Counted from the stretch's first letter, positions 37,646-49,471 are shown. The stretch: DNA of 64,000 bases from Bacillota bacterium (GCA_015059285.1 SVAS01000002.1:2572-66571); one strand, 5' to 3'. The notes: a model not told the origin generated them from the sequence alone. Numbers and translations: made by a program.

Positions 37646-38449
37646 TTATTTTTGTTTACTTTTTTGAATTTTATATGCAATCATTAATTTTAATTTAGTC
37701 GGACTTATGATACTTAAAAATCTAGTTATTTTCATAAACATAGATGGTACTATTATTAATTTACGTTTAAACATTTGTTTTATAGCATATGAAGCAACAT
37801 CATAACTTTGTAAACTTTTAACAGAAAAAGAAACATTTGCGACATTATTAAACTCAGTATCAACAGGTCCTGGACATAGAGCGCCTATATAAACATGGCT
37901 ATTTTTTCTTCTTAATTCTTCATAAATAGCTTCTGTTAAATGTAATACATAAACTTTTGTAGCATAATATGTAGCCATTAAAGGCCCTGGTTGAAAAGCA
38001 GCAGATGAAGCTACATTTAAAATATGTCCTTTATCCTTTTTCACAAAATCTTTTAAAAATAACTTTGTTAAAATATGAACTGCTTTAATATTTAAATCTA
38101 TCATATCTAGTTCTTTATCTAAATCAGTATCATCAAAAGACCCAAACAAACCAAAACCAGCATTATTTATAACAATGTCAATATCCTGTTTTTTTACTTT
38201 ATTATATAATTTCATACAATTAAAAGTACTAGAAATATCCATAGAAATAATTTCTACTTCTGTTTTTAATTCTTTTTTTAGTTTTTCTAAACGATCCTTT
38301 CTGCGAGCTACTAAAATTAAATCATACCCTCTATTACTAAGGATTCTAGCCATATCAGCGCCTATCCCAGAACTTGCACCTGTAATTAAAGCCTTCATTA
38401 AATCATCTCTTTCTATCAAAATTATATAATATTCTATTTTTTTATTCAA
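37646..38449 (-). CDS. Short-chain dehydrogenase/reductase (SDR) oxidoreductase
   Basis: ITGASSGIGADMARIL cofactor motif. NNAG, S...Y...K catalytic residues. Confidence 0.75.
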   Translation of the reverse strand: MNKKIEYYIILIERDDLMKALITGASSGIGADMARILSNRGYDLILVARRKDRLEKLKKELKTEVEIISMDISSTFNCMKLYNKVKKQDIDIVINNAGFGLFGSFDDTDLDKELDMIDLNIKAVHILTKLFLKDFVKKDKGHILNVASSAAFQPGPLMATYYATKVYVLHLTEAIYEELRRKNSHVYIGALCPGPVDTEFNNVANVSFSVKSLQSYDVASYAIKQMFKRKLIIVPSMFMKITRFLSIISPTKLKLMIAYKIQKSKQK

Positions 38450-38469
38450 GAAAAAAACACCTAAGTGTT

Positions 38470-39573
38470 TTAATCAATTACATATGGACTTTCTAATGTA
38501 CCATTTCCTTTTTTATAATTAACTTCACCAGATACGTTTAATACTAATCTAATGACAGAATATGTTCTAGCTTCTATTGATTGTGGTAAATAATCAATAT
38601 AATAAACATTTGAAGTGCTATCCATATCCGCAGTAAGTGTCCAAAAACTACGTTCATAACCATATAAATAGTTATAATTAGTACATTGTCTTGTTTTTAA
38701 ACTGGTACATCCATTATCTAAACTTGGCACTAAATATTCATTAACTTGAAGTAATCCAAGTGGTAAATATTCTTGAGTTTTTGTTTTACATTCAGTACTA
38801 CCATCTTTATTTGTATCAGAATCTTTTCTTTTTCCTATACATAACTGTTTAGGTATAATTTTTGCCTTATCAGTGGCAGAAAAAGTGTCTCCGTTATATA
38901 TTTCTTCTAAATCATCCTTAATTCTACTAACCTCAAAGTCATTAATTCCTGAAGAACTTTTGTTATCAGAATTATAACGATTATCCCAATCTCTTTGTTC
39001 AAAAAAATCTTCTTGAATTAATCTAATTTCATTATCTTTAGTGATTTTTAAAATTCTCCATGTTTTTCCAGCAAAAGAAACATAGTTATTTAACTTTTCT
39101 CCTCTATACACATATTCACCATTCATTTCATATAAACCATCACCAGTTGTAACAATATTACTTTTTGCAGTGATTTTTTTAACTAAATTTTTAGTAGTAT
39201 AGTCTCCACCACAATTTAACCTAGGAACAAAAGTATAATATTCTCCATTTTTTAAAACAACGATTTTTCCAGAACAATGAACATTATCATCAGTATATTT
39301 TTCAAGTTCTTTCATATGTCCTGTATTAATAAGTTCATCTACATCAAGTTCTTTAGTTGCTACATCATCATCAGGTAATAAATGGGGATTTTGTTTATAA
39401 TAAGCTTCAGCTGCACTAACCATTTTATCCTCTATTTTATCAAATGATAATTTATTACCGTTAATTAATTTTACTATCCATATTATTATAAAAATAAATA
39501 GTACTATAGCAATCCCTATGATAGCAAATTTAATTAATTTTTTTTGCATTTCTGTTAAATTCTTTAAATTCAT
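38470..39573 (-). CDS. Membrane-anchored extracytoplasmic protein of unknown function
   Basis: N-terminal TM then a Cys-containing domain ending ...SVIRLVLNVSGEV. Inserted between the ecf genes and rplQ. Confidence 0.35.
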   Translation of the reverse strand: MNLKNLTEMQKKLIKFAIIGIAIVLFIFIIIWIVKLINGNKLSFDKIEDKMVSAAEAYYKQNPHLLPDDDVATKELDVDELINTGHMKELEKYTDDNVHCSGKIVVLKNGEYYTFVPRLNCGGDYTTKNLVKKITAKSNIVTTGDGLYEMNGEYVYRGEKLNNYVSFAGKTWRILKITKDNEIRLIQEDFFEQRDWDNRYNSDNKSSSGINDFEVSRIKDDLEEIYNGDTFSATDKAKIIPKQLCIGKRKDSDTNKDGSTECKTKTQEYLPLGLLQVNEYLVPSLDNGCTSLKTRQCTNYNYLYGYERSFWTLTADMDSTSNVYYIDYLPQSIEARTYSVIRLVLNVSGEVNYKKGNGTLESPYVID

Positions 39574-39632
39574 ATTAACCCTCCAATTATTAATATTATA
39601 ACATTTTAATTATTTAGATACAATATGATTTA

Positions 39633-39660
39633 AATAAAAAAAGATGCTTACTTTGCATCT
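39633..39660 (-). terminator. Rho-independent terminator overlapping rplQ stop
   Basis: AGATGC-ttacttt-GCATCT hairpin followed by a T-run on the minus strand. Confidence 0.45.
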
Positions 39661-40004
39661 CCTTCTACGAATTCTATTATAGCCATTAACGCATCGTCTC
39701 CACGACGTTCGTCTAATTTTAAAATTCTAGTATATCCACCATTTCTATTTGCATAACGAGGAGCTAATTCATTAAATACTTTTTTAACTGCTTCGTTATC
39801 ATTTTGTAAGAATGCTAATGCATTTCTACGTGCAACTAAAGTTCCTTTTTTACCATATGAAATCATCTTTTCAGCGAATTTACGAACTTCTTTAGCTCTT
39901 GTTTCAGTTGTAGTGATTTTTTCATTCATGATAAGATCTTTAGTTAGATTGGCAAGCATACTTCTTCTATGTTTGTTAGTACGTCCTAATTTTCTATAAG
40001 CCAT
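39648..40004 (-). CDS. rplQ: 50S ribosomal protein L17
   Basis: [20 protein letters not shown]. Confidence 0.9.
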   Translation of the reverse strand: MAYRKLGRTNKHRRSMLANLTKDLIMNEKITTTETRAKEVRKFAEKMISYGKKGTLVARRNALAFLQNDNEAVKKVFNELAPRYANRNGGYTRILKLDERRGDDALMAIIEFVEGDAK

Positions 40005-40022
40005 TATTTTTCCTCCTAACTA

Positions 40023-40973
40023 CTAGTCTTCATCACGGAATTTAAGTCCCATATCTTTAATTTTGTCCATAACTTCTTTTAAAGATTTTTTACCTAAATT
40101 ACGTATTTTCATCATTTCTAATTCAGATTTTTCAACTAAGTCTCCTAATGTATTAACATTAGCTCTTTTTAAACAATTATATGCTCTTACTGAAAAATCT
40201 AAATCTTCAATTGAAGTTTCTAATTTTTTAAGTTTACTATCTTCTTGTTTAGCAGACATAATACCTGTTGTATCAGCTAGTTCACTTAAATTAGTAACAA
40301 TATTTAAATGTTCTATTAATATTTTAGCACCTAAAGCCATTGCTTCTTCTGGTTTTAAAGAACCATTTGTGAATACTTCCATAATTAATTTATCATAGTT
40401 AGCATCTTGACCAACACGAGCATTATCTACTTCATAACTAATTCTTTCAATTGGAGAATATAATGCATCAATCGGAATAAATCCGATTTTTTCATTTTCA
40501 ACAAATTTTTTGTTATCGTGAGATGGAACATATCCACGACCACTTGCTACGATCATTTCCATGCTTAATTTTCCACCTTTAGCAACTGTTGCGATAACTT
40601 GATCTTTGTTAATAATTTCAACATCAGCATCTGTTTTAATATCTCCTGCTGTTACAACACCTTCTTTATCAGTTGATAAAGTAATTATTTTGTTTTCTTC
40701 AACATTTTTCTTTATAACAATACTTTTTAAATTTAAAACAATTGAAGTAACGTCTTCTACTATACCCTCCATTGCTTGGAATTCGTGCATAACACCGTCA
40801 ATTCTAACAGCAACAATAGCACTACCTGGCATATTTGATAACATTACTCTTCTAAGTGCATTACCAATAGTTGTTCCGAAACCTCTTTCTAAAGGTTCTA
40901 ATTCAAATTTTCCATAATTATTGTTTTCAATATATTCAGTTATTTTATACATTGGTTTTTCAAAGTTTAACAC
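40023..40973 (-). CDS. rpoA: DNA-directed RNA polymerase alpha subunit
   Basis: ...KFELEPLERGFGTTIGNALRRVMLS... Start placed at GTG (VLNFEKP), 9 nt after AAGGAG, by alignment to other RpoA N-termini. The track ATG upstream would overlap rpsK by 30 nt. Confidence 0.85.
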   Translation of the reverse strand: MLNFEKPMYKITEYIENNNYGKFELEPLERGFGTTIGNALRRVMLSNMPGSAIVAVRIDGVMHEFQAMEGIVEDVTSIVLNLKSIVIKKNVEENKIITLSTDKEGVVTAGDIKTDADVEIINKDQVIATVAKGGKLSMEMIVASGRGYVPSHDNKKFVENEKIGFIPIDALYSPIERISYEVDNARVGQDANYDKLIMEVFTNGSLKPEEAMALGAKILIEHLNIVTNLSELADTTGIMSAKQEDSKLKKLETSIEDLDFSVRAYNCLKRANVNTLGDLVEKSELEMMKIRNLGKKSLKEVMDKIKDMGLKFRDED

Positions 40974-40993
40974 TTTTCCACACTCCTTTTCTT

Positions 40994-41377
40994 TTATCCA
41001 CGAGGACGTTTTGGTGGACGACATCCATTATGTGGGATAGGCGTTACATCAGAAATTGAAGTAATTTCTAATCCTGCAGTTTGTAAAGAACGAATAGCTG
41101 TTTCACGTCCTGAACCTAAACCTTTAACAAAAACTTCTACTTTTTTCATACCCATATCACAAGCAGCTTTACCAGCAGCTTCTGCAGCCATACCAGCAGC
41201 AAATGGAGTAGATTTTTTACTTCCTTTAAATCCTAAAGTTCCAGCTGAAGCCCAACTAATAGCATTTCCTTCAGTATCACTAATTGTAACAATAGTGTTA
41301 TTGAATGTTGAATGAATATATGCTTGACCAACTGGTACATTCTTTTTAACTTTACGTTTTCTTGGTTTATAAGCCAT
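40994..41377 (-). CDS. rpsK: 30S ribosomal protein S11
   Basis: Conserved S11 sequence and position. Confidence 0.9.
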   Translation of the reverse strand: MAYKPRKRKVKKNVPVGQAYIHSTFNNTIVTISDTEGNAISWASAGTLGFKGSKKSTPFAAGMAAEAAGKAACDMGMKKVEVFVKGLGSGRETAIRSLQTAGLEITSISDVTPIPHNGCRPPKRPRG

Positions 41378-41402
41378 ATATATAACCTCCTTAATCTAAC
41401 GA

Positions 41403-41768
41403 TTATTTTTTCTTATTAGCAACTACTTTACCTTTACCTTTACGAGTTCTAGCATTACGACTAGTACGTTGTCCTCTTACAGGTAAACCTCTTTTGTGTC
41501 TAACACCTTGATAACAGTTGATTTCCATCTTAGTTTTAATATTCATTGTAACTTCACGACGTAAATCACCTTCAGTTAAATATTTGTTAACTTCATCACG
41601 AATACGACCTAATTCATCATTATCAAGTTCGCCAGCTTTTTTATTAACATCTACTTTAGCATCTTTTAAAATTTGATTTGAAAGACTTCTTCCTATACCA
41701 TAAATATAAGTTAAAGCTATTTCGATTCTTTTATTATTTGGTATATCTACACCCTTAATACGTGCCAT
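41403..41768 (-). CDS. rpsM: 30S ribosomal protein S13
   Basis: [26 protein letters not shown]. Confidence 0.9.
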   Translation of the reverse strand: MARIKGVDIPNNKRIEIALTYIYGIGRSLSNQILKDAKVDVNKKAGELDNDELGRIRDEVNKYLTEGDLRREVTMNIKTKMEINCYQGVRHKRGLPVRGQRTSRNARTRKGKGKVVANKKK

Positions 41769-41782
41769 ATGGTCACCTCCTA

Positions 41783-41896
41783 TTAACCTTGTCTTTGATT
41801 ATGTTTACGATTAACACATCTGATTTCTATTCTTCCGTTACGTTTAATTTTTTGACATTTGTCGCATATTTTTTTAACTGATGCTCTTACTTTCAT
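41783..41896 (-). CDS. rpmJ: 50S ribosomal protein L36
   Basis: 37-aa ORF not in the track: [37 protein letters not shown]. Lies between infA and rpsM. Confidence 0.8.
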   Translation of the reverse strand: MKVRASVKKICDKCQKIKRNGRIEIRCVNRKHNQRQG

Positions 41897-41912
41897 ATTA
41901 TCCCTCCTACTA

Positions 41913-42128
41913 TTATTTTCGGTAAGTAATGCGCCCACGTGTTAAATCATATGGTGAGAGTTCAACAGTTACTGTATCACCTGGTAAGATGCGAATATAG
42001 TTCATTCGGATTTTACCAGAAACGTGAGCAAGTACAGTATGTTTATTTTCTAATTCAACTTTAAATTTTGAACCTGGTAAAACTTCTACTACTTTACCTT
42101 CTACTTCAATAACATCATCTTTTGCCAT
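41913..42128 (-). CDS. infA: Translation initiation factor IF-1
   Basis: [15 protein letters not shown]...[14 protein letters not shown]. Start at the internal ATG. Confidence 0.85.
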   Translation of the reverse strand: MAKDDVIEVEGKVVEVLPGSKFKVELENKHTVLAHVSGKIRMNYIRILPGDTVTVELSPYDLTRGRITYRK

Positions 42129-42132
42129 TATA

Positions 42133-42879
42133 TCACCTCTTTGTAAGTATCTCAAAACCATCTTTTAAAACAAGTACTGTGTGTTCAAAATGTGCGGATG
42201 GTTTATTATCAGCAGTTATAATTGTCCAATCATCATCTAATAAATAAATGTTTGCAGTTCCTAAATTCAGCATTGGTTCAATTGCAATGACCATTCCTTC
42301 TTTAAGAATTGGCCCAGTACCTCTTTTGCCATAGTTAGGAACATCTGGCATTTCATGAAGATTAGATCCTATACCATGACCAACTAGTTCTTTAACAACG
42401 CCTAGTTTATGTTCTTTGGCATAATTTTCTATAGCATTTCCAATATCACCAATTCTAGTTCCTTCTTTAACTTGGTTTAAACCAATAAACAAAGCTTTTT
42501 CAGTGTGTTCCATAAGATATTCACAATCTTTTGAAACTTTACCTACTTTATAAGTCCAAGCAGAATCACCATGATATCCTTTATAACATGCCCCTATATC
42601 TATAGAAATAATATCGCCTTCTTTTAATTTACGATTACTAGGTATTCCATGAACAACTTCTTCATTAATTGAAGTGCAAATTGATCCAGGATAACCATCA
42701 TAACCTTTAAAAGATGGGGTGGCATGTTTACTAATGATAAAGTTGTAAGCTATGTTGTCTAACTCCTTAGTAGTAATTCCTGGTCTAATATAAGGAATTA
42801 AATATTTATGAGTTTCTCCAACTATCGCTCCAGCTATTTTCATTAGTTCTATTTCACGAGATGTTTTAATATTTATCAT
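42133..42879 (-). CDS. map: Methionine aminopeptidase type I
   Basis: Conserved metal-binding motifs. Position between adk and infA. Confidence 0.85.
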   Translation of the reverse strand: MINIKTSREIELMKIAGAIVGETHKYLIPYIRPGITTKELDNIAYNFIISKHATPSFKGYDGYPGSICTSINEEVVHGIPSNRKLKEGDIISIDIGACYKGYHGDSAWTYKVGKVSKDCEYLMEHTEKALFIGLNQVKEGTRIGDIGNAIENYAKEHKLGVVKELVGHGIGSNLHEMPDVPNYGKRGTGPILKEGMVIAIEPMLNLGTANIYLLDDDWTIITADNKPSAHFEHTVLVLKDGFEILTKR

Positions 42880-43535
42880 TTTGAACTCCCAATTATACGT
42901 TCTATTTCACTAAACGTATAATTTGCACTTATACCACTATTAATGCGATATAAGTATCCTTTATTTTCATAATAGTCTATTAATGGTTGTGTTTCTTTTA
43001 AATAAGTATTATATCTTTCTTCAAATGTAACTTCATTATCATCACTACGTTTTGATAATTCTTGATTACACTTATCACAAATACCTTTAATTTTAGGTTT
43101 TGTCTCTTCTACAAATTCATTATAAACACTACCACAATTTTTACAAGATAATCTTCCAACTATACGAGCTTTTGCAATTTCTTTATCTAAATCTAATAAA
43201 ATCACATATCCTAAATCTTTATGTAACTTTTCAAGTAAAAGTTCATATTCTTTAGCTTGATTAGTATTTCTAGGAAATCCATCCAAAATATAACCAGAAT
43301 TACAATCATCTTGTTTTAGTCTCTCTTCTAGTAAGGCTAAAATGATTTCATCACTTACTAAATTACCTTTTTCCATAGTTTCTTTTATTTGTTTACTTAT
43401 ATCACTATTATCTGAAACAGCATTTCTAAGTAAATCTCCAGTAGAAATATGAGGTAAGTTGTATTTATCACTTACTAGTTTTGATTGTGTCCCTTTACCA
43501 GCAGCAGGAGGGGCTATGAAGATTATACTTTTCAT
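42876..43535 (-). CDS. adk: Adenylate kinase (zinc-binding lid)
   Basis: GPPAAGKGTQ P-loop. CKNCG...CDKC lid. Confidence 0.9.
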   Translation of the reverse strand: MKSIIFIAPPAAGKGTQSKLVSDKYNLPHISTGDLLRNAVSDNSDISKQIKETMEKGNLVSDEIILALLEERLKQDDCNSGYILDGFPRNTNQAKEYELLLEKLHKDLGYVILLDLDKEIAKARIVGRLSCKNCGSVYNEFVEETKPKIKGICDKCNQELSKRSDDNEVTFEERYNTYLKETQPLIDYYENKGYLYRINSGISANYTFSEIERIIGSSK

Positions 43536-43536
43536 A

Positions 43537-44799
43537 TTATCTCCTCCTTTTATAGTTTCTACTGATAAGTTGGCTTTCTATTTGTTTATAAGTTTCTAGG
43601 GCTACTCCAACTACAATTAATAATCCTGTTCCTCCAATAGTTACACTTGTAGGCATATTAGAGAAAAGGCCAAATATAATTGGTAAACCAGCTATTACTG
43701 ATAACGCTAATGAACCAACAAAAGTTATACGACGTAAAACTTTGTTAATATATGTAACGGTATCTTCTCCTGGTCTAATTCCTGGAATATATCCTCCGTT
43801 TTTATTTAAGTTATCCGCTAATTCTTTTGGTTTTAATTGAATAAAAGTATAAAAGTAAGCGAATGCAAAGATAAATATAATATAAAGGATAAATCCTGTA
43901 ACTGTAGTCATTGTTAAATATTTACTTACGAATAAAGTAAATCCCTCATTTTTTATAAATTGTGCAATTATTTGTGGAATAGAGATAAGTGCTGATGCAA
44001 AGATTACAGGCACTACTCCAGCAGAGTTAAGTTTAAATGGAATATAACTTTGTCTTCCACCATAACTGCTTGCAGATTTATTTGCATATTGAATAGGTAT
44101 TCTTCTTTCAGCTGTTTCTTCAAATATAATTCCTAATATGATTGCTACATAAACTAATACAAATAGAATAAATAAAACTATTCCTAATGTAGTAGCTTGA
44201 ATAGTACCACCAGTTACTAGTGCATTCCATGCATCCATAAACATAGTTGGTAAGCTTGCTATAATACCAGCCATAATGATTAATGAAATACCATTTCCAA
44301 CTCCTTTAGCTGTAATTTGATCTCCTAACCAAAGTAGGAATGCTGTTCCAGCTGTAAGAATAAGTGAAAATTGCATATAATCAATTGGGCTTCCACCTTG
44401 AACATATGTAAATGAATACATATATCCTTGAACGAATGCAAGTATAATACCAAGTACTCTAGTAATTTGATTTATTTTATTACGTCCAACTTGTCCTTGT
44501 TTAGTTAACTCTGATAAATAAGGTATTATATCCATTGATAATAGCTGAATAATAATAGATGCTGTGATATAAGGCATCACGCCTAAAGCAAAGATAGAAA
44601 ATTTTTCCATCGCGCCTCCACCCATAGCATTCATTATTTCTAAGAAACCTAAGTTTCCTGTTAAGGCTTCTTTATCAATTCCAGGAACGATAATAGTTGT
44701 TCCTAGTTTAAAGATAAATAGCACAAAGAATGTAAATAAAATCTTTTTTCTTAAATCTTTGTTTTTGGGATTAAATATTTGCTTAACTGTTGCAAACAT
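43537..44799 (-). CDS. secY: Protein translocase subunit SecY
   Basis: 420 aa, 10 TM, conserved position after rplO. Confidence 0.9.
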   Translation of the reverse strand: MFATVKQIFNPKNKDLRKKILFTFFVLFIFKLGTTIIVPGIDKEALTGNLGFLEIMNAMGGGAMEKFSIFALGVMPYITASIIIQLLSMDIIPYLSELTKQGQVGRNKINQITRVLGIILAFVQGYMYSFTYVQGGSPIDYMQFSLILTAGTAFLLWLGDQITAKGVGNGISLIIMAGIIASLPTMFMDAWNALVTGGTIQATTLGIVLFILFVLVYVAIILGIIFEETAERRIPIQYANKSASSYGGRQSYIPFKLNSAGVVPVIFASALISIPQIIAQFIKNEGFTLFVSKYLTMTTVTGFILYIIFIFAFAYFYTFIQLKPKELADNLNKNGGYIPGIRPGEDTVTYINKVLRRITFVGSLALSVIAGLPIIFGLFSNMPTSVTIGGTGLLIVVGVALETYKQIESQLISRNYKRRR

Positions 44800-44800
44800 T

Positions 44801-45244
44801 TTAAATCACCTCTGCTTTTCCACCTAATTTTTCTATTTGTTCTAAAGCTCTACTTGAAAATTTATGCGCTTTAACTGTTAATTTCTTTTCTAATGTACCA
44901 TTTCCTAATACTTTGATACCATCTAATTGATTTTTAACTAATCCCATTTCTTTTAATAATTCTGGAGTAACAATTGCTCCATCTTCAAATTTATTTAAAT
45001 CACTTAAATTAATTACTGCATATTCAGTTTTAAACATAGCATTTGAGAAACCTCTTTTTGGAAGTCTACGGAATAAAGGTAATTGTCCACCTTCAAATCC
45101 TGGTCTAACTCCACCACCACTACGAGCGTTTTGTCCTTTGTGACCTTTTCCACTAGTTTTTCCTAAACCACTACCTGGTCCACGTCCAACTATTTTACGA
45201 GTTTTAGTAGCTCCAACTGGAGTTTGAATATTATGTAATTTCAT
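44801..45244 (-). CDS. rplO: 50S ribosomal protein L15
   Basis: Conserved. It directly abuts rpsE, with no rpmD in between. Confidence 0.9.
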   Translation of the reverse strand: MKLHNIQTPVGATKTRKIVGRGPGSGLGKTSGKGHKGQNARSGGGVRPGFEGGQLPLFRRLPKRGFSNAMFKTEYAVINLSDLNKFEDGAIVTPELLKEMGLVKNQLDGIKVLGNGTLEKKLTVKAHKFSSRALEQIEKLGGKAEVI

Positions 45245-45747
45245 TATAATATTTCCTCTACTTTCTTACCACGTAATTTTGCTACTTCTTCAACTGTTTT
45301 TTGTGATTTTAATGCTTCTAATGTTGCAAATGCCATATTAATTTTTGTGTTTGATCCAAGTGATTTTGATAGGATGTTTTTAACGCCAGCTAATTCTAAC
45401 ACAGCACGAACTGGTCCACCAGCTTTAACTCCTGTACCTTTTGAAGCAGGTTTAAGCATAACTTTACTAGCTCCTCTTACACCAATTGCTTCATGTGGGA
45501 TTGTTCCATCAACGATTGATACTCTAACTACATTTTTTGCTGCAGCTTGGCTTGCTTTTTTAATTGCATCTGGTACTTCATTTGCTTTACCAGTTCCAAT
45601 TCCAACTACACCTTTTCTATCTCCAACAGCTACTGTAGCAGAGAAACGGAAATGACGACCACCTTTTGTTACTTTTGTAACACGACCAATATTGATGATT
45701 TCTTCTTCATATTGTTTTGGTCTTGGTTCTCTTCTTCTATTTTCCAT
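45244..45747 (-). CDS. rpsE: 30S ribosomal protein S5
   Basis: Conserved. Confidence 0.9.
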   Translation of the reverse strand: MENRRREPRPKQYEEEIINIGRVTKVTKGGRHFRFSATVAVGDRKGVVGIGTGKANEVPDAIKKASQAAAKNVVRVSIVDGTIPHEAIGVRGASKVMLKPASKGTGVKAGGPVRAVLELAGVKNILSKSLGSNTKINMAFATLEALKSQKTVEEVAKLRGKKVEEIL

Positions 45748-45760
45748 AAAAGTCCTCCTT

Positions 45761-46123
45761 TTAGAATTCTAAACCATTAGCACGAGCTGCATCTGCTAAG
45801 GCTTTTACACGACCATGATATAGGTATCCACCTCTATCAAAAGTTACTTTAGTTATTTTGGCTTTTTTAGCACGAGCTGCTAATAATTCACCAACTTTTG
45901 TTGCAGCTTCTACGTTTCCACCATTTTCTAGTTTCAACTCTTTATCGATTGAAGATGCACTAACTAATGTAACAGCTGATTCGTCATCAATGATTTGTGC
46001 GAAAATATTATTATTTGATCTAAACACATTTAATCTTGGTAATTCATGAGTACCAGATATTTTTTCTCTAATACGAGTATGTCTAGCTTTACGCATATCA
46101 TTACGAGCTACTTTTTTTATCAT
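45761..46123 (-). CDS. rplR: 50S ribosomal protein L18
   Basis: Conserved. Confidence 0.9.
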   Translation of the reverse strand: MIKKVARNDMRKARHTRIREKISGTHELPRLNVFRSNNNIFAQIIDDESAVTLVSASSIDKELKLENGGNVEAATKVGELLAARAKKAKITKVTFDRGGYLYHGRVKALADAARANGLEF

Positions 46124-46148
46124 AAGTATTACTCTCCTTTACTCTTAA

Positions 46149-46682
46149 TTATTTAGAAGCTTTTTTACCTTCTTTACGACGAACAACTTCGTCTTTATAA
46201 CGAATACCTTTTCCTTTATAAGGTTCTGGTTTTCTAATCTTTCTTACATTAGCGGCAAATTCGCTAACCTTACATTTATCAATACCTTTGATTGTAAGTT
46301 CAGTATTACTTGGAGCTTCTACTGTAATTCCTGCAGGTATTTCTACATTAACTGGATGAGAGAAACCTGCTGTAACTACAAGTTCGTTTCCCTTTACAGC
46401 AAAACGATATCCAACACCTAATGTTTCAAGTTGTTTTGTGAAACCTTCAGTAACACCAATAATCATATTTTTAATATTTGCATTAGCAGTTCCATGAAAA
46501 TTCTTATAATTATCATTTTCTCTTGCAACTGTTAATTCATTACCATTAATATTTACAGTAATATGTTTGTTAATTTCAGTAGAAAGTTCTCCCTTAGGAC
46601 CATTTACTTTTACGATATTGCCTTCAACAGATACTGTAACATTATCTGGTACTAGAATTATTCTATTTCCAATACGACTCAT
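46149..46682 (-). CDS. rplF: 50S ribosomal protein L6
   Basis: Start at MSRIGNRII, the conserved L6 N-terminus. Confidence 0.85.
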   Translation of the reverse strand: MSRIGNRIILVPDNVTVSVEGNIVKVNGPKGELSTEINKHITVNINGNELTVARENDNYKNFHGTANANIKNMIIGVTEGFTKQLETLGVGYRFAVKGNELVVTAGFSHPVNVEIPAGITVEAPSNTELTIKGIDKCKVSEFAANVRKIRKPEPYKGKGIRYKDEVVRRKEGKKASK

Positions 46683-46696
46683 ATAAACATTCCTTT

Positions 46697-47095
46697 CTAC
46701 CAAATATAAGCTAAAACTTCGCCACCTAATGATTCTGTTCTTGCAGCCTTATCAGTCATAACACCTTTAGATGTTGAGATAATTGCAATTCCTAAACCAT
46801 TAAGAACTTTTGGCACTTCTGTAGCTTTAACATATTGACGTAATCCTGGTTTTGAAATTCTTTTTAATCCAGTGATTACTCTTTCTTTGTTTTGTCCGTA
46901 TTTTAAACTAAGAACGATAATATTTTGAATATTATTTTTCTTAACTTTATAATCGTTAATAAAACCTTCTTCTTTTAGAATTCTTGCGATTTCTAATTTC
47001 ATTTTTGAAGCGGGTACTTCAACTTCTTTATATCGCATTTGATTAGCATTACGAATACGTGTAAGCATATCTGCGATTGGGTCAGTTACTACCAT
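46697..47095 (-). CDS. rpsH: 30S ribosomal protein S8
   Basis: Conserved. Confidence 0.9.
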   Translation of the reverse strand: MVVTDPIADMLTRIRNANQMRYKEVEVPASKMKLEIARILKEEGFINDYKVKKNNIQNIIVLSLKYGQNKERVITGLKRISKPGLRQYVKATEVPKVLNGLGIAIISTSKGVMTDKAARTESLGGEVLAYIW

Positions 47096-47113
47096 ATATA
47101 TCCTCCCTTCAAC

Positions 47114-47299
47114 TTACCAGCTTGATTTAGTAACACCTGGTATTTGTCCTTTATAAGCTAATTCTCTAAAACAAATACGGCAAATTCCATATTTTTTAAG
47201 TACGGCATGTGGACGTCCACATCTATTACATCTTGTATATTCACGTACTTTGTATTTAGGTTTACGACTAGCTTTAACAATCATGCTTTTTCTTGCCAT
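47114..47299 (-). CDS. rpsN: 30S ribosomal protein S14 type Z (zinc-binding, 61 aa)
   Basis: [10 protein letters not shown]...CRIC zinc ribbon. Confidence 0.85.
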   Translation of the reverse strand: MARKSMIVKASRKPKYKVREYTRCNRCGRPHAVLKKYGICRICFRELAYKGQIPGVTKSSW

Positions 47300-47313
47300 A
47301 ATTTCCTCCTATA

Positions 47314-47853
47314 TTATTTCTTAAATGGCATACCGAAGCCTTTTAAGAGATCGTACGCTTCGTCATTAGTTTTGGCTGTTGTAACAATTACAATATCCAT
47401 ACCACGTACTTTTACAACGTCATCAAAATTTATTTCTGAGAAAATTAATTGTTCAGTTAATCCTAAAGTATAATTTCCTCTTCCATCAAATGATTTATTT
47501 GATATTCCTCTAAAGTCTCTTACACGTGGTAATGTAATACTAATTAATTTGTCTAAGAAGTTATACATATTTTCTCCACGTAATGTAACTTTACATCCAA
47601 TTGCTTGACCTTCTCTTAATTTAAATCCAGCAATCGCTTTTTTTGCTTTTGTAGCAACTGGTTTTTGTCCAGTTATTAATTCTAAGTCTTTCATAGCAGC
47701 TTCTAATAATTTAGCATTGTTTGTTGCATCACCAACACCCATATTAACTACTATTTTTTCTAATTTTGGAACTTCCATTAAGCTTTTATAGCCATATTTT
47801 TCTTTTAAACTCGATACAATTAAATTATTATATTTTTCTTTTAGGCGGTTCAT
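47314..47853 (-). CDS. rplE: 50S ribosomal protein L5
   Basis: Conserved. Confidence 0.9.
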   Translation of the reverse strand: MNRLKEKYNNLIVSSLKEKYGYKSLMEVPKLEKIVVNMGVGDATNNAKLLEAAMKDLELITGQKPVATKAKKAIAGFKLREGQAIGCKVTLRGENMYNFLDKLISITLPRVRDFRGISNKSFDGRGNYTLGLTEQLIFSEINFDDVVKVRGMDIVIVTTAKTNDEAYDLLKGFGMPFKK

Positions 47854-47870
47854 ATTTACCCTCCTTCCAA

Positions 47871-48179
47871 TTAATCGATAACTTCGTTAGATTTTTTAGC
47901 AACTCTAACTTTTTTACCGTTTTTATCAATTTTATGTCCTATTCTGGTTCTTTTTTTAGTTTTAGGATCAATCATCATAGCATTTGAAGCATTAATTGGA
48001 GCTTCTAATTCGACGATGCTTCCGGCATTTTGTCCATTTGGTTTAACATGTTTTTTAACAACGTTTACACCTTCAATAACGATTTTATTTTCGTCACGTA
48101 GAACTTTAGTAATTTTGCCTTCTTTTCCTTTATCTTTTCCAGCAATAACGACTACTTTATCTCCTGTTTTAAAGTTCAT
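47871..48179 (-). CDS. rplX: 50S ribosomal protein L24
   Basis: KOW motif [14 protein letters not shown]. Confidence 0.9.
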   Translation of the reverse strand: MNFKTGDKVVVIAGKDKGKEGKITKVLRDENKIVIEGVNVVKKHVKPNGQNAGSIVELEAPINASNAMMIDPKTKKRTRIGHKIDKNGKKVRVAKKSNEVID

Positions 48180-48189
48180 AATTACCTCC

Positions 48190-48558
48190 TTATAACACTT
48201 CTTTAGCTAGTGATACAATTTTCATAAAATCTTTGTCACGTAATTCACGTGCTACTGGTCCAAATACACGAGTTCCAATAGGGCTTTTATCATCTTTAAT
48301 AATAACGCAAGCATTATCATCAAACTTAATATAAGATCCATCTTCTCTTCTTAGACCAAATTTACTTCTAACTACAACAGCTTTAACAACTTTACCTTTG
48401 CCAACTGTTCCGTTAGGAGTTGCTTTTTTGATAGTTCCAACAACTATATCTCCAATATTACCAGTTTTAACTGTGCTTCCTCCAAGTACTCGGATAACTG
48501 AAAGTTCTCTTGCACCTGAATTATCAGCAACTTTTAAACGGCTTTCTTGTTGAATCAT
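48190..48558 (-). CDS. rplN: 50S ribosomal protein L14
   Basis: [16 protein letters not shown]. Confidence 0.9.
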   Translation of the reverse strand: MIQQESRLKVADNSGARELSVIRVLGGSTVKTGNIGDIVVGTIKKATPNGTVGKGKVVKAVVVRSKFGLRREDGSYIKFDDNACVIIKDDKSPIGTRVFGPVARELRDKDFMKIVSLAKEVL

Positions 48559-48587
48559 ATATTAATCCTCCTTATCAGATTAGCCAA

Positions 48588-48842
48588 TTATAAAATAATT
48601 GCTTTTTCTACAATTTCTACTAAACGGAAATGTTTAGTTTTTGATAGTGGTCTTGTTTCAACAATACGTACTGTATCGCCAACTTTTGCTTCATTTTTTT
48701 CATCGTGAGCAGCATATTTTTTAGAATATTTAATACGTTTTCCATATAAGCTATCTTTTTTATAAGTTTCTACTAAAACTGTAATAGTTTTATTGTTTGT
48801 AGAACTTACAACTTTACCAACTAATTCTTGTTTTCTTTCCAT
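48588..48842 (-). CDS. rpsQ: 30S ribosomal protein S17
   Basis: Conserved. Confidence 0.9.
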   Translation of the reverse strand: MERKQELVGKVVSSTNNKTITVLVETYKKDSLYGKRIKYSKKYAAHDEKNEAKVGDTVRIVETRPLSKTKHFRLVEIVEKAIIL

Positions 48843-48858
48843 AAAATCCTCCCGTTAA

Positions 48859-49050
48859 TTAACTTAATTCACGTTCACGTAAGATAGTTTTCATACGTGC
48901 AACTAATTTTCTAAGTTCTCTAATGCGAGCTGGATTTTCAAGATTTCCAGTAGCTTGATTAAAACGTAAATTAAATAATTCTTCTTTATATTCTTCGATT
49001 TTCTTAGTGATTTCTTCGTTTGTTAATTCTCTGATTTCATTATTTTTCAC
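48859..49050 (-). CDS. rpmC: 50S ribosomal protein L29
   Basis: Start set to GTG ([10 protein letters not shown] aligns with MKANEIRDLT of B. subtilis L29), preceded by GGTGA. Confidence 0.8.
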   Translation of the reverse strand: MKNNEIRELTNEEITKKIEEYKEELFNLRFNQATGNLENPARIRELRKLVARMKTILRERELS

Positions 49051-49471
49051 AAGCGTCACCACTTTCTTTTTTTACAAATTTACATTTGATTGGAAGTTTG
49101 TGCATAGCAAGTCTTAAAGCTTCTCTTGCAACTTCTTCACTAACTCCATCTACTTCAAACATAATTTTTCCTTTTTTTACTACTGCTACCCATTTTTCAG
49201 GTTGACCTTTACCTTTACCCATACGAGTTTCTAAAGGAATTTTAGTTAATGAAAGGTGAGGGAAAATATTAATCCATACTTTACCACCACGTTTCATAAA
49301 ACGAGTCATAGCTACACGAGCTGCTTCAATTTGTTGTTGAGTAATCCAAGCACCTTCCATAGCCATTAATCCATAAGATCCAAAGTGTAATTCAGTATTA
49401 CCTTTGCTAACGCCATCATATCTTAAACGATGTGGACGACGATATTTAGTTCTTTTTGGAATTACTGCCAT
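49040..49471 (-). CDS. rplP: 50S ribosomal protein L16
   Basis: Start at [15 protein letters not shown]. The track ORF has a spurious upstream extension. Confidence 0.85.
   Translation of the reverse strand: MAVIPKRTKYRRPHRLRYDGVSKGNTELHFGSYGLMAMEGAWITQQQIEAARVAMTRFMKRGGKVWINIFPHLSLTKIPLETRMGKGKGQPEKWVAVVKKGKIMFEVDGVSEEVAREALRLAMHKLPIKCKFVKKESGDACEK

Noticed and set aside
40063-40917. Plus-strand ORFs inside rpoA, and similar antisense ORFs in rpsE, rplB, rplD and rplC (40063..40398, 40606..40917, 45347..45655, 51349..51585, 51987..52190, 52407..52673)
   Set aside because: They lie antisense within highly conserved ribosomal or RNAP genes and show low-complexity composition with no RBS. These are spurious.
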